Counted from the stretch's first letter, positions 13,578 to 26,750 are shown. The stretch: 64,000 bases of DNA from Macrostomum hystrix (GCA_950097015.1 CATNEN010000012.1:992001-1056000); one strand, 5' to 3'. Translations and numbers: made by a program. The notes: a model not told the origin generated them from the sequence alone.

Positions 13578-16500
13578 GCTGGCAGAGTTTGCCGCCGAGA
13601 TCTGGTCAACCACACTGGCCTCGTCTAGGCCGAGGGAAGCAGCGATAGACACGGACGTGGCAGAGGCTGCAGCAGTTTTAATGACGATGGGCTCATTAAT
13701 TACGAGAAATACAAGTTACTAGACGACAGTCGATTAAACTAATATTTAGATTGTCAGCTAGTGTACACCCGTCACGCAATTCTATTAACTATATTTTAAC
13801 CCATAGAAGGCCACTAACACTCTGGACTTGTTCAGTCCATGGACTGGGGGAAGCCACATTCACCACCAGATACCCAATTAACACCAGAGTGAAAGCTGGA
13901 ACCCATTTAATAGCCACATTCACCACCAGATACCCAATTAACACCAGAGTGAAGGCTGGAACCCATTTAATAGCCACATTCACCACCAGATACCCAATTA
14001 ACACCAGAGTGAAGGCTGGAACCCATTTAATAGCCACATTCACCACCAGATACCCAATTAACACCAGAGTGAAAGCTGGAACCCATTTAATAGCCACATT
14101 CACCACCAGATACCCAATTAACACCAGAGTGAAAGCTGGAACCCATTTAATAGCCACATTCACCACCAGATACCCAATTAACACCAGAGTGAAGGCTGGA
14201 ACCCATTTAATAGCCACATTCACCACCAGATACCCAATTAACACCAGAGTGAAAGCAGGAACCCATTTAATAGCCACATTCACCACCAGATACCCAATTA
14301 ACACCAGAGTGAAAGCAGGAACCCATTTAATAGCCACATTCACCACCAGATACCCAATTAACACCAGAGTGAAAGCAGGAACCCATTTAATAGCCACATT
14401 CACCACCAGATACCCAATTAACACCAGAGTGAAAGCTGGAACCCATTTAATAGCTGGTTGGTGATCTGAAGCAATGCAGAGTTGGATGTCTTGCTAAAGA
14501 GACTAACTGTTTCAGTGGAATCGGGAATCGAACCCCCGACCTTGAAGTCGTGAGTGCGACGGTAAAAATAGGTAGGTAACAAGCCCTACAACCTGTTGTA
14601 ACCGCTGGGGATCGAGAAACAAGCGTAAAAAAACTAAAAATCTTATCCCAGATAGCTGAGTAGGCAGACTCAAAGTCTCATCCAAGATAGCTGATTAGGC
14701 AGACTCAAAGTCTCATCCCAGATAGCTGATTAGGCAGACTTAAAGTCTCATCCCAGATAGCTGATTAGGCAGACTTAAAGTCTCATCCCAGATAGCTGAT
14801 TAGGCAGACTTAAAGTCTCATCCCAGATAGCTGATTAGGCAGACCAAAGTTTCATCTCAGATAGCTGAGTAGAGGCAAAAAAAATATCCAAGCTCTTACC
14901 ATAGAAAATGAGTAGGACAACAATGGGCAGGGTCAAATCGGGTGCCAGAATCAATCGCATTTGACTAGTACTAGATGGCCACACCTTTGCAGCATTAGGC
15001 AATAAATAAGATATTAACAGCTGACACTGTTCTAGTACAGGTCGAGACTTATTCTTCTGTAAAGAACAGGTCACTTTTCTAACTGACAAAGGAGTAGTTT
15101 AACAAACTAGCAGCAGAGAGTCGGACACGTTGACGCCGACATCTCGGCTTGCAAGCGAGTCTTCTTTGTTATCCGTCATCCAGTGAGTGATCTCAACTGA
15201 TTGTTTCCGTTATTTTCTTATAGAAGAAGACAACTAAAGTTCCCACAAAAGTAATCGCTAAGAGCTGGAGAGGAAGCTAAGCTAAATAGGTCCCCTCGGT
15301 GGAACGTCAACTTTCGCTCGCTAGGTATGGTAGGCACAATATACAGAGACATGGATAGAGAGAGAGGGAGGGCTGCCTCAGTCCTTCCTTCCCATTGCTT
15401 GCACACCGTTAGTTCAATAATCCTGTACATCTGGGGACAAGACAAGAGGAATCAATCAGTATCGATTCACACCCACCCACTCTCTACCTCTCTGTTGAGT
15501 ATGAGAAATGAAGCATTTTACAGTAAAAGGTAAACGCGTCAAGAGAAAAATCAATAAAAATTATCGATTTCCATACGCCTTAAGAGCAGCGGCGTACATT
15601 AATCCTGCTTGCCAAATCCCACCCTTCCAATCTCCGACACTCTGGCCGCAGATTTTATTACAGTTGTCAGGGGAATAAACTTAGGAAAGGAAGCTATTGG
15701 CAATAGCCAATACTAAGAACTATAGCTGAGAACCCGACAGGAAAAGTGCAGATCGGAACATGGAAAAATCTAGCTTACTAAATTTGTTAGATTTATCATT
15801 TACTAGCTTGGAAAGTGGAATTTGTCGTCAAAGAGTCCTCAATCCCGATAGTGTATATTTAGAATACGTTGCACCCCTAGCCAATAGCCAATACGTTGCT
15901 ACCCTCGGCATTTTTATAATGCATGCTCGTCAAATGAGCCACAGAAACAGACTACAAAACGCCTTTATTATAAATAACACAAACACAAGTAAAATACGTG
16001 CCAGAAATAGACATCAAAAGACAGACAGGTGTGAGTCAGGTTCAGGCTATAGTCAAGCAGCACAGGTAAACAAGAAAAAGTGTGCGTGACGTGATCTTCG
16101 TCACGGGTATTTGTATTCAACCTACTTCAGTCAAGGGCTTCGTGTTGAATTCTGGAAGCATAATACTATAGACATCTCACCTACTTTAGCCTGGCTTGAT
16201 AGCAAAATCACGAATAATAATTTTGTCAATACGCGGACCGACTTTTGCTGCGAAAACACAGTAGTCAAAGCTGGCGACAAATAGGGTGTCGGTAGAAGCA
16301 GCAATGACTAGGTCAACAAAGAATTACCAGCAGTTTTTATATTTAATTTAAGATGATAACGTTGTAATTCTTATCAGTATGTCTGTTGTAATTCTTATCA
16401 GTATGTCTGTTGTTATTCTATCAGTATGTCTGTTGTTATTCTAACAGTATGTCTGTTGTTATTCTTATCAGTATGTCTGTTGTAATTCTTATCAGTATGT

Positions 16501-19500
16501 CTGTTGTTATTCTATCAGTATGTCTGTTGTTATTCTAACAGTATGTCTGTTGTTATTCTTATCAGTATGTCTGTTGTTATTCTATCAGTATGTCTGTTGT
16601 TATTCTATCAGTATGTCTGTTGTTATTCTAACAGTATGTCTGTTGTTATTCTTATCAGTATGTCTGTTGTTATTCTTATCAGTATGTCTGTTGTTATTCT
16701 TATCAGTATGTCTGTTGTTATTCTATCAGTATGTCTGTTGTTATTCTATCAGTATGTCTGTTGTTATTCTTATCAGTATGTCTGTTGTTATTCTTATCAG
16801 TATGTCTGTTGTTATTCTTATCAGTATGTCTGTTGTTATTCTTATCAGTATGTCTGTTGTTATTCTTATCAGTATGTCTGTTGTTATTCTTATCAGCATG
16901 TCTGTTGTTATTCTATCAGTATGTCTGTTGTTATTCTATCAGTATGTCTGTTGTTATTCTATCAGTATGTCTGTTGTTATTCTTATCAGTATGTCTGTTG
17001 TTATTCTTATCAGTATGTCTGTTGTTATTCTTATCAGTATGTCTGTTGTTATTCTTATCAGTATGTCTGTTGTTATTCTTATCAGTATGTCTATTGTTAT
17101 TCTTATCAGTATGTCTGTTGTTATTCTATCAGTATGTCTGTTGTTATTCTTATCAGTATGTCTGTTGTTATTCTTATCAGTATGTCTGTTGTTATTCTTA
17201 TCAGTATGTCTGTTGTTATTCTATCAGTATGTCTGTTGTTATTCTATCAGTATGTCTGTTGTTATTCTTATCAGTATGTCTGTTGTTATTCTTATCAGTA
17301 TGTCTGTTGTTATTCTTATCAGTATGTCTGTTGTTATTCTTATCAGTATGTCTGTTGTTATTCTTATCAGCATGTCTGTTGTTATTCTATCAGTATGTCT
17401 GTTGTTATTCTTATCAGTATGTCTGTTGTTATTCTTATCAGTATGTCTGTTGTTATTCTATCAGTATGTCTGTTGTTATTCTTATCAGTATGTCTGTTGT
17501 TATTCTTATCAGTATGTCTGTTGTTATTCTATCAGTATGTCTGTTGTTATTCTATCAGTATGTCTGTTGTTATTCTTATCAGTATGTCTGTTGTTGTTCT
17601 ATCAGTATGTCTGTTGTTATTCTTATCAGTATGTCTGTTGTTATTCTTATCATTATGTCTGTTGTTATTCTATCAGTATGTCTGTTGTTATTGTATCAGA
17701 ATGTCTGTTGTTGTTCTTATCAGTAAAGTCTGTTGTTGTTCTATCAGTATGTCTGTTGTTATTCTATCAGTATGTCTGTTGTTGTTCTATCAGTATGTCT
17801 GTTGTTGTTCTATCAGTATGTCTGTTATTATTCTATCAGTATGTCTGTTGTTATTCTATCAGTATGTCTGTTGTTGTTCTATCAGTATGTCTGTTGTTGT
17901 TCTATCAGTATGTCTGTTGTTGTTCTATCAGTATGTCTGTTGTTGTTCTATCAGTATGTCTGTTGTTATTCTATCAGTATGTCTGTTATTATTCTATCAG
18001 TATGTCTGTTGTTGTTCTATCAGTATGTCTGTTGTTGTTCTATCAGTATGTCTGTTATTATTCTATCAGTATGTCTGTTGTTATTCTATCAGTATGTCTG
18101 TTGTTATTCTTATCAGTATGTCTGTTGTTGTTCTATCAGTATGTCTGTTGTTGTTCTATCAGTATGTCTGTTGTTATTCTATCAGTATGTCTGTTATTAT
18201 TCTATCAGTATGTCTGTTGTTATTCTATCAGTATGTCTGTTGTTGTTCTATCAGTATGTCTGTTGTTGTTCTATCAGTATGTTGCCTGCTACAATCAGAA
18301 TTGCTATTGCTACTCCAATCTGTTTAACAATTGTCACTGTCGTATTATGTTACTTATGTTGCCACTTATGTTACGTAAAGACTTGCATAGATGTTCGCAA
18401 TTACAGTTATAGAGATAGATAGTCTAGCCAAGACATAATTAACAGGAATATCAAGCAGACAAGAAGAAATCTATGCCTGCCCATGTTTGATTAAAGATGC
18501 TTAACAGAGCCTCTAGATATCAGACTTTAGAGATTTAAAACTGACTGTCTAGCTAAATTAAGCTCAAAGGGTTGCGCTGAAAGGATGAAATCTAAGGATG
18601 AAAGGCTAGCTAATTAGGATAGCTATGATATCATCTGTGTGCGATTCTTATATGAGATCACAATTAAGTTGTACATTTTTGTATTTTTATGCATTTAGCC
18701 TGATATTTGGCTTCAAGATAGATATGCACTTGTGTGCAGAATAATAAGAGCGTAAAAGTTTTGAATTTATTATAATTTTATTCTACTTAAACATTGAGCC
18801 AATCATACGGTATTCGAATGCACATATAAAGGTACTAAGTTGCACTCTTACATCTCTAATTCGTGATCTGCAGGCAAATTTCGTTACCCGTATATTTTTA
18901 TAAAAATGTAGCAGATTTATAGTACAAAGGCTTTTGCCCAAAGCTACTTCATATTAAAAATGGATTACATACTCTAATTCTTTGGTTTTATTAATTAGTA
19001 GTATGGTGAGTATTTCCGTACTTTACAATTCTAATAAAGTTTCAGCTCGCATAACAATACATCGCATTACACTGAATCTGGATATGCGAACTGTGCTATA
19101 AATCAGGGATTTCATATCATGTAATAATTATAGGGTGTCAGACATACAAAAACAAAGTCCGTGATATATTTCTATAGCCTTAAAATACCAACCATATGCA
19201 TTTTTTACTCAAACGAGACATTGACTGAATCTATTTCACAAAGTTGTGAAGGAATTTTTACGAATGTAAATACAATGCCTTACCCGTTCTATCCAGCTAA
19301 TGGGTTTTAGGGTGCATTGGAAGGGTGAGAGTGGGGCCCAGTCTCTTGAGTCAACTGTATGCTCAGCCTAGAAAGCTTTGGGCTAGGAGAGGCTGGCAAG
19401 GGTACTGCCAGCAGCGTTTGAGATGCAAAACTATGCTTAAACTGCTCGAAAGGGCATCTCTGTTCTGCCATCTCAAGCCGGTAGGGCAACACGTGAGGCC

Positions 19501-20852
19501 GGGCGCACGCACCTGTTATTGAAGCTTTAACAATAATAAATAAATTATATTTGCACGGAAATGGTCATGAGCTATAACATACAATACGACAAGACCCACA
19601 AAGCTTATCGTAAGGCAGCTAATAGTGCTAACACAAGCTAGCACTAGGTGGACAGTAGCTAATAAAATAACTGAATCCCTAGATATTGGGTCGGGGGGAA
19701 ACACAATATTTATTCGTCGAACAGGTCGCTAGCACTCACAGCTTGTCCCCGCACTACGCCATGAGTCACACGTGACACCCCGGCTTTCTCAAATTCGTGA
19801 ATGGCTTAGAATTTGCCAACACTTTCCGATTATAAATAGTCTTTATGTCTGGCATGGCGTCCAACGTGTCTGATTCATTTCCTAAGCCAGGGTTCGACAA
19901 GGAAGAAAAAATGGGAAATCAGTGTTGACACGACACGAGAAAATAATGTGTTAAGTGCAATATGCGCAGGTAGGCAGACCTGGCCTAGATGGAATAACAC
20001 TGGGATTACAAACAGTGTGCCTAAAAAGCCTGTCTTCAAAAAGGAAGATCCACACAATATCTAGAAGTCAGTTGGGAAATTATTTGTCTTTTTATAAGCA
20101 CTTCAAATTTCAAAAGACCCTGTCATTATCTAGGGACTGTTTTTTTTCGCCTTAATGGAAAACAGATCTTATTTAACTGTATAATAATAATAATTAATAA
20201 AAATTGATTACACCTGCCCCAATCGGGCCAGATGTGCAGCCGACAGCACAGCCGCAGCTATTGCGCGGCGCATCTGAAGGCTGCGTACAGCTGTTCAGTC
20301 CATGGACTAGGGGGACGCCACACCCACCTACAATTATCCCAGCTGATGCTGGTACCCATTTAACAGCTGGGTGAACTGAAGCAATGCAGAGTTAAGTGTC
20401 TTGCTAAAGGACACAAATTGTTTCAGTGGAGTCGGGAATCGAACCCCCGACCTTCAAGTCGTTAGTCCGACGCCCTAACCACTAGGCATTCAACCTCTAC
20501 AGTTAAATGCATTAACTGTATGCATTGGACATTGTCGGCGTACTTTAATAACAGAATGGATCGGAATTGCATAGAGGTTGAACACCCAACCAGCGCGATT
20601 GGTGATTCCAGTCAAAAACTTTACAAAAACGATCAGAAGAAAAAAATTCTCTTTACTTACACTTCACACAGGCCAGTCGACCCAGCGCTTTTGGGGGTGA
20701 ATAGCCATTTAAGCAGGCACCACAACCAGTTGCACTGGAAGTGGAGTCGCAGCTGATCACCAGCCTGTGCAGTGCCTGGCAATGTACCCAGATTGGACAG
20801 TTGTCTGGTGAATCTTCAATGTCAGCATCAAAAAAAGATTTGATCCAGCCTC
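10124..20852 (-). CDS. NPDC1: NPDC1/CAB-1 family single-pass membrane protein, 5' end not located. Exons (transcript order): 20661-20852, 15108-15196, 14900-14984, 13532-13666, 13321-13434, 13087-13153, 11213-11377, 11030-11129, 10124-10207
   Basis: The C-terminal exons encode GDGKLALSAQMYHYQHQKQQM, ENEDADFTVFECPGLA and TGEMEVRNPLF, the NPDC1 signature. There is a TM helix IIVGTTTGLGLLLIIICAICWF and an N-terminal Cys-rich exon (CPIWVHC...CGACL...C). All splice phases are compatible; the three middle exons are less certain. Confidence 0.88.
10270..10975. repeat. 33-bp minisatellite with two sub-arrays, in the last NPDC1 intron
   Basis: 11-aa periodicity in the overlapping ORFs. The unit switches from ...CCCATAATCCACTGG... 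to ...CCAACAATGCACAGG... near 10660. Confidence 0.95.
11425..12781 (-). mobile_element. hAT (Charlie-like) non-autonomous element whose interior is a 16-bp minisatellite
   Basis: Imperfect TIRs: CAGGGATCGGAAAAATT at 11425 and CAGGGGTCGGCAAACTC (reverse complement) ending at 12781, with GGCCC subterminal motifs. The 8-bp TSD is degenerate. Confidence 0.6.
11455..12700. repeat. 16-bp GA-rich minisatellite (GAGAGATGAGACAGGG / GAAAGATAAGACAGGT)
   Basis: Tandem units directly visible; the same family occurs at 48971-49340 and 49803-50810. Confidence 0.95.
13820..14550 (-). mobile_element. SINE family 1 copy containing an internal 10 x 60-bp tandem amplification (13852-14451)
   Basis: The flanks match the SINE at 20225-20498 (GTTCAGTCCATGGACT on the left; GCAATGCAGAG...GTCTTGCTAAAG...GGGAATCGAACCCCCGACC on the right). 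Confidence 0.85.
14640..14870. repeat. 35-bp minisatellite (TCTCATCCCAGATAGCTGATTAGGCAGACTTAAAG)
   Basis: About 6 tandem units. Confidence 0.9.
16365..18285. repeat. 24/25-bp minisatellite (TATCAGTATGTCTGTTGTTATTCT) in an NPDC1 intron
   Basis: About 78 units; source of the spurious 600-aa ORFs. Confidence 0.97.
20225..20498 (-). mobile_element. tRNA-derived SINE family 1, near full length
   Basis: The minus strand reads ...TGCCTAGTGGTTAGGGCG (A box)...GGTTCGATTCCC (B box), then GTGTCCTTTAGCAAGACACTTAAC...CACCCAGCTGTTAAATGGGTACC, which resembles conserved SINE central domains of animals. A TAA-type tail lies at ~20181-20195. Four copies occur in the window. Confidence 0.85.
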
Positions 20853-23800
20853 CTACAAAGAATTCAAGCTTCTGATTTTTAGTTCCTGCTTTTTCAAACA
20901 AAAAATAGCATACAAAATAAGTCATCAGAGTCTTTGTGAAGCAATGCAATTCTAATATATTAAATAACCTAGCTGTCTAAACAAAATATATACTTTAAAA
21001 ATCTCAAAATAAGCATATAGGAAAGGAATGTTTGACATGAATCTTACATACAACTGCCTACTAAAACCATTGTCTTAGCACCAGACATACTTTCTATAAG
21101 ATTTACTTTTTTGTACAATTTTATATATTTATATTTATAATATTCCAGAAATAGCATATCTGTTATAAAGATAAGAATTCAAATAGCCAAGAAAGATATA
21201 CAAATTCATAGCCACATAAGTTAATGCAACCTTTTTTGTTCTTTTGCTCAAAAAAAGAAAATGATTATTGCAATTAATAAGTTGTAAAAACTTTATAAGG
21301 ATTAATTATTCTGAAGACAAGAGCTTACTAAGATGTCAAAGAAAATATGAATAATTAGGATAAGGCTGAATATTAAAATGAATATTTTATGCATTAGGCC
21401 TATAATATTACATTATACATCACAATAAGTAAATTTTATGCATACTAATTCATATATATATATTAATTTGAAATTTATATATCTTGCATGACTTTCTGTA
21501 TACTTTTTACAGAATTTTATTTTGACTACATTAGTGGAAGGAGCTTCTTGCTCATCAGTGAGCATAAAAATATAAATAAAAACTGAATGGTGTTTAATGG
21601 ATATAATTAAGGAGCTTGGACATAATATGAGTAACTATGAATTTAGTTATCAACATTGTTAGCAATTTCATGATTAGTTCATGCTGCAACTTTGTAGCAA
21701 TCAAAATGAAATTTATTACAGATAGGTCCACATAGACTTTGCTTGTACTTTAGGGGTGGCTTTTAAGGGCATGTAGGAAATTGTGTGGCATAGGCCTTAG
21801 TTAAAAAATAATTATCACTTTAACACTAAATCTAAAAGGTAAAAGACAGAAACCAATTTAAAAAATTATTTAACTCAATATTCAATAGTTTCAAATGTCA
21901 CAACAACTCACTTTTTTGCAAAAACTCAGATTTTGCTGACAAATGGAAAGCAATGGAAAGTAAGAAAAGAAAAGTACTGGTAATGTTCATTGATTCTAAG
22001 ATATGTACAAATGCTAATACTAATAGAGCAATAAAGTCGTAGCCCTCTTAAGAAAAAGTATAGTATACTGGTCTAATAATTCCTTAATGAAGAACGAATA
22101 GCCGTTCGTAAGATAATGACTTCATTATGATTTCTAGAAAGTAAGCAAGGATCATCTAGGCGTTCCGTCCTAAGTCAGAAGTCACGCTGTTTAAGTTCTT
22201 GAATTTGGTTTAAAAAGCACGATGAAGAACGTTTTCACATTATAACAAAAACAAAATATTTGTGCCTTTTTTAAAAGAAAAAACTAAGAAAGAAAAATGT
22301 CAGAAATTTTTTGAAAAAATAAACTCGTCAGCGACTGCTTTTTTTAACTGCTTTGAAGGCTTTGTCGTTTTATCTTTTCCACAAGGATATTTTCTGGAAA
22401 TGTTGACATAGGGACGCTCGTCACAAATGAATTGCATTGATAGATTAATATTTTGCTAAATGATAACCTGTTTGCTTTTAGACGTGCGTGTGCGCATCGA
22501 CTTCCTCTTATTCTGTGTTGATCGTGAGACCTATAGAAGCTGCCAAAAAGCCCTGTTCCAGTAATTCTTTGAATGTAATACATGTAATAACACAAGGAAT
22601 TTCGCAGTGTAAAAATCAATAAATGTCTAGTGAGGCAGTGCTCACTATATTTATGCAATGCAAGTTGGAATTCATAAATTAGCCATGTACATAGAGGGAG
22701 CGAAAGTACATTAAACGATATAATTCTTCATCAGATTTTTCATCATTCACGCGCTAACCATTTGATCACTGCCTCAAGGCAAGTAATAAAACCATTACAT
22801 ACATACCAATTGCGTGCCAGATCACTCAAGCAGCAACTGCTGTAGACGTGCATTTCGTTCCACGATTAGTTTAGGGAAGCACATTACAAAAAATGCATGC
22901 ATACCATTTGCACTACTACAAAGGATATCTAAAATATTCTAGATGGACAGTATTCTAGCTAGATGCCCAGCTTAATCGGTGCTGTATGCAGTGGTATTGT
23001 ATCGATAGTACAATTTCTACATGTAAATAGCATATATTTTATAGCAAATGTGCAGGTACACAAATGCCGTACCTCATCTTAGCTTGAATGCGCCAGAGCA
23101 GCTTAAAATGTAAAGAACGCGACACTAGACAAGCACGCTATTTTAATTGCTGCTGATTTTGTTTTAATAAAGTAAAGCTGTGGGACATTACAGAATGCTA
23201 ATATAATATTCTTAACTACGTATTATAGACTTGCTTTTATGTGGAAAAATAGTGGATCGCAAATATAGATTTCCAGCAATTAATGAAATACAGGAAAGAT
23301 GGAGCTGTAAGCTGTATGTTTCTGTATAAATAATAGTATAAATTAAATTTAGCTACATGTAAAAGAAAATTTGTTGTAATTTCTATCAGGGCTCTATCAT
23401 TTCTAAAAGACGTAGCTTTTTAATTTGTGTTGTCGAAATAAGGTCCATAAAATAAACTAATTTTTTGCAGATATTTTGTCTATTTTGTCTGCATTCGAGT
23501 TAAACATTTATAAAAAGTCGCTTTTTACTGGCAGAAGTAAAAGCTGAGATGCCTCATACATTTAATATAAAAATATTTTTAGAAGCATGCCTAATTAATT
23601 TAGCAACAATGACCGGAAAGTTAACCATTATACTGGTTGCAGCTTTTCCGGTGTGGACCACTCCGTCATAATCGCGGCGTGAGCGTCACGTGGCATGCTA
23701 TATTTCCTAGAATCACGGTAACTTTTCAAACTCTTTGAAGAGTTTGAATTTAGTCATCTTTTTAGTTTTAGTACTCTCTTCTACATAACAGTTAGCTAAG

Positions 23801-24291
23801 TTATACTCGTATCATATCGCAACCGAAAGTTGATTGCTCTATATCTTTTACATTAGCACATTAATAATGAACTACGTATATATCATATTAAAACGAAAAT
23901 ATTTTTTCCGACGACGGAAAGCTTTTGCTAAGAATCACAATTACGGACTCATAATTATTTGTGACTAGATTTTTCACATATGTATTTTTCTACCGACCAG
24001 GTTTAAACATTACAGAATTTCTAGATGCTTAAGTGAAAAACCACCCCTTTAAGTGTTACTCTATTTAGATCGATTTGTAAATTTTAAAGGTTCAGATAAA
24101 AAATCAAGCATATAAGTTTCACATGAAAAAAAAGCACAAAATTTTGATCCGTTTTTAGACTTATTGAATTATTTATTCCAGATTTCCTAGATTTCCAAGG
24201 ATTAAATCCTGATTAATTATTATTTGATCCAATACTGAAATCCTTCCACTCCCACAGCAATAACAACAGCCTGGACCAACCCTCAGTTCCG

Positions 24292-24858
24292 ATGTTACCA
24301 GTAGCATTTCGCTATCGCCGGTATATGGGCTGGCGCAAGCTCTGGCTGCTCAGCCTACTGCTGGCAGCGCTCTTATTCGCCTTCATCTACGTGCTTGGTG
24401 GCCGCGGCGGCGCCTACTACGATACCGATGGTTCCTTGAATCGACCTGATGCTTCTTCTGCAGCTTCATTAGCTTCGGCTGTCGCTTCTTCCCTGAAACA
24501 ATCAGAATCTCAGTCGAGCTTGTCCGGTCATTTTCTAGCCGCTTTGAATGCATCTCGCAGAGCCATAGCCCAGCTGATGAAGGACCCGATGAAGCTGGAC
24601 GAGATGCGCTCTCAAGCCAGAAGGACACTGAATTGCCTCATGACTAAGGTTCAGTCGCAAGGTTTAGACGCCAACGCCGGCCGCTACCGGTGCGGCCGCG
24701 TCGCCGAGTTCTGCCGCTGCTGCGCCCGCCAGACTGCCTCGCGGCTTCGGCTGAGCCATACCGCCTGCGTCCAGTTTGCCTGCCTGGCGCAACGTCAGGT
24801 CATGCGGATCAGGCTGCCGCTGGCTGGTGGAGTACTGGCAAGGGCGCGATTGCTCTAG
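24292..24858 (+). CDS. Unassigned type II single-pass membrane protein; downstream exon structure unresolved
   Basis: Basic N-terminal tail (FRYRRYMGWRK), hydrophobic anchor (LWLLSLLLAALLFAFIYVL), Ser/Ala-rich stem, Cys-rich segment and C-ending codon bias. No family recognised. Confidence 0.6.
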   Translation: MLPVAFRYRRYMGWRKLWLLSLLLAALLFAFIYVLGGRGGAYYDTDGSLNRPDASSAASLASAVASSLKQSESQSSLSGHFLAALNASRRAIAQLMKDPMKLDEMRSQARRTLNCLMTKVQSQGLDANAGRYRCGRVAEFCRCCARQTASRLRLSHTACVQFACLAQRQVMRIRLPLAGGVLARARLL

Positions 24859-24987
24859 ATCATCGCTACCTGCTTTTTCTGCTAAACTGGGTTAACGTGT
24901 CTTCTAAATACACTTATGCAAGTTTGGCCATCTGGGGAGGAAATTGCACGACAAGCCCCATAGCCTTCTCTCCGCGGCTGCGCCCTA

Positions 24988-25845
24988 ACAATGAGATTCA
25001 GAATCTATAAGAACAATGAGATTCAGAATCTATAAGAACAATGAGATTCAGAATCTATAAGAACAATGAGATTCAGAATCTATAAGAACAATGACATTCA
25101 GAATCTATAAGAACAATGACATTCAGAATCTATTAGAACAATGACATTCAGAATCTATAAGAACAATGAGATTCAGAATCTATAAGAACAATGAGATTCA
25201 GAATCTATAAGAACAATGAGATTCAGAATCTATAAGAACAATGACATTCAGAATCTATAAGAACAATGACATTCAGAATCTATTAGAACAATGACATTCA
25301 GAATCTATAAGAACAATGAGATTCAGAATCTATAAGAACAATGAGATTCAGAATCTATAAGAACAATGAGATTCAGAATCTATAAGAACAATGAGATTCA
25401 GAATCTATAAGAACAATGACATTCAGAATCTATAAGAACAATGACATTCAGAATCTATTAGAACAATGACATTCAGAATCTATAAGAACAATGAGATTCA
25501 GAATCTATTAGAACAATGGGATTCAGAATCTATAAGAACAATGAGATTCAGAATCTATAAGAACAATGAGATTCAGAATCTATTAGAACAATGGGATTCA
25601 GAATCTATAAGAACAATGAGATTCAGAATCTATTAGAACAATGGGATTCAGAATCTATAAGAACAATGAGATTCAGAATCTATTAGAACAATGGGATTCA
25701 GAATCTATTAGAACAATGGGATTCAGAATCTATAAGAACAATGAGATTCAGAATCTATTAGAACAATGGGATTCAGAATCTATAAGAACAATGAGATTCA
25801 GAATCTATAAGAACAATGGGATTCAGAATCTAAAAGAACAATGAG
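24988..25845. repeat. 25-bp minisatellite (AACAATGAGATTCAGAATCTATAAG)
   Basis: About 34 units, each containing the inverted motif GATTC-A-GAATC. Confidence 0.96.
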
Positions 25846-26524
25846 AATTAAAGTCTAAAGGATAGGGATCTGTTTGTTTTATGCTGTGGGATGAATTTTT
25901 TGTGTTTTAGGTTTGCAATTATAATTTATACTGACATTTTTTAGTTAAATGTGTGATCTTTTCATTTGTAACAATGTCATTTCGTAAAATTTTCTAGAGG
26001 AAACGATCACTAGAGTTAGTTCTCTAGATTATTTGCTAAAAAATCCCAGAAAAAAAATATTTTAATCGTCGGTGAATATATTCAAAACAGAAAGTGAATA
26101 GAATGTGGATGAAAGAATTCTCTGTTGGAAAATCGTTGCAAATTATCTATTTTTTTCAGCGAGCAAGCCAAATGAACTTGACGAGAAAGAAACGATTTTT
26201 AGTTTTAAAAAATCCCAACTGATCAATCAGCTGTAGATTTTCCCAATCAAATGGGAAGCACGCAGTGGTTTCCCAAAATGCCAATATGCCCATCGAGAAT
26301 TTCCTTATGTCTGTATTTAGCTTGGACTGCGGCTAATGATAGTGGCGATAGGGTGCAGTCAAATGGGATCAAATGGGATTTCCGATCCCATGACATGCAC
26401 TCATTGCCATGCTGTGCCCTCTGATGTATGGGATTATTTTTTGATGAACTCAAACTGAACTCCTGCAAGTCTGTAATCCCATTCAGTTTCATATCCTCTG
26501 AGCTGTTATTTTGTTTTTTTGCCT

Positions 26525-26750
26525 TGTTGTTATAGCGTCTGACAAACGAAGGTCGGTGGTTCGATTCCCGACTCCGACTGGAACAGTCTGTGTCCTTTAG
26601 CAAGACGCACTTAATTCTACATTTCAGTGTTTTCAATCCACCCAGCTGAAAAATAGGTAGCAGCATTAGCTGGGGTAATTAATTATGGATGTCGAGTCTC
26701 CCCAGTCCATGGACTGAACAACCAGACAAATTAGCCGACTGACTCGGCTT
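26525..26750 (+). mobile_element. SINE family 1 copy (diverged)
   Basis: GGTTCGATTCCCGACTCC B box, GTGTCCTTTAGCAAGAC, CACCCAGCTG and CAGTCCATGGACTGAAC, shared with 20225-20498. Confidence 0.8.

Noticed and set aside
13852-14451. Regular 60-bp array resembling a CRISPR array
   Set aside because: The units are contiguous and near-identical with no unique spacers; it derives from a SINE and there are no cas genes.
16504-18422. Long ORFs of 230-630 aa, and similar ORFs at 11471-12800, 31585-32115, 40616-41329, 44628-45780, 49608-51005 and 63187-63621
   Set aside because: They are translations of stop-poor minisatellites in several frames and lie in introns or intergenic DNA.
19760-19780. Isolated transcription-factor motifs (TGAGTCA plus CACGTG here, TGACGTCA at ~13199, GTCACGTG at ~23686)
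   Set aside because: Single short motifs are expected by chance in 64 kb.
20400-20498. Possible tRNA gene
   Set aside because: A/B boxes are present, but I see no complete cloverleaf or acceptor stem, and the sequence continues into a SINE body found in four copies.
22780-22860. Candidate first (signal-peptide) exon of NPDC1
   Set aside because: No ATG-initiated hydrophobic frame ends in a phase-1 donor.
24690-25010. Trypsin-like PVCLPG...GW motif in an alternative frame
   Set aside because: There are no catalytic His/Asp/Ser motifs, and codon bias favours the overlapping frame.
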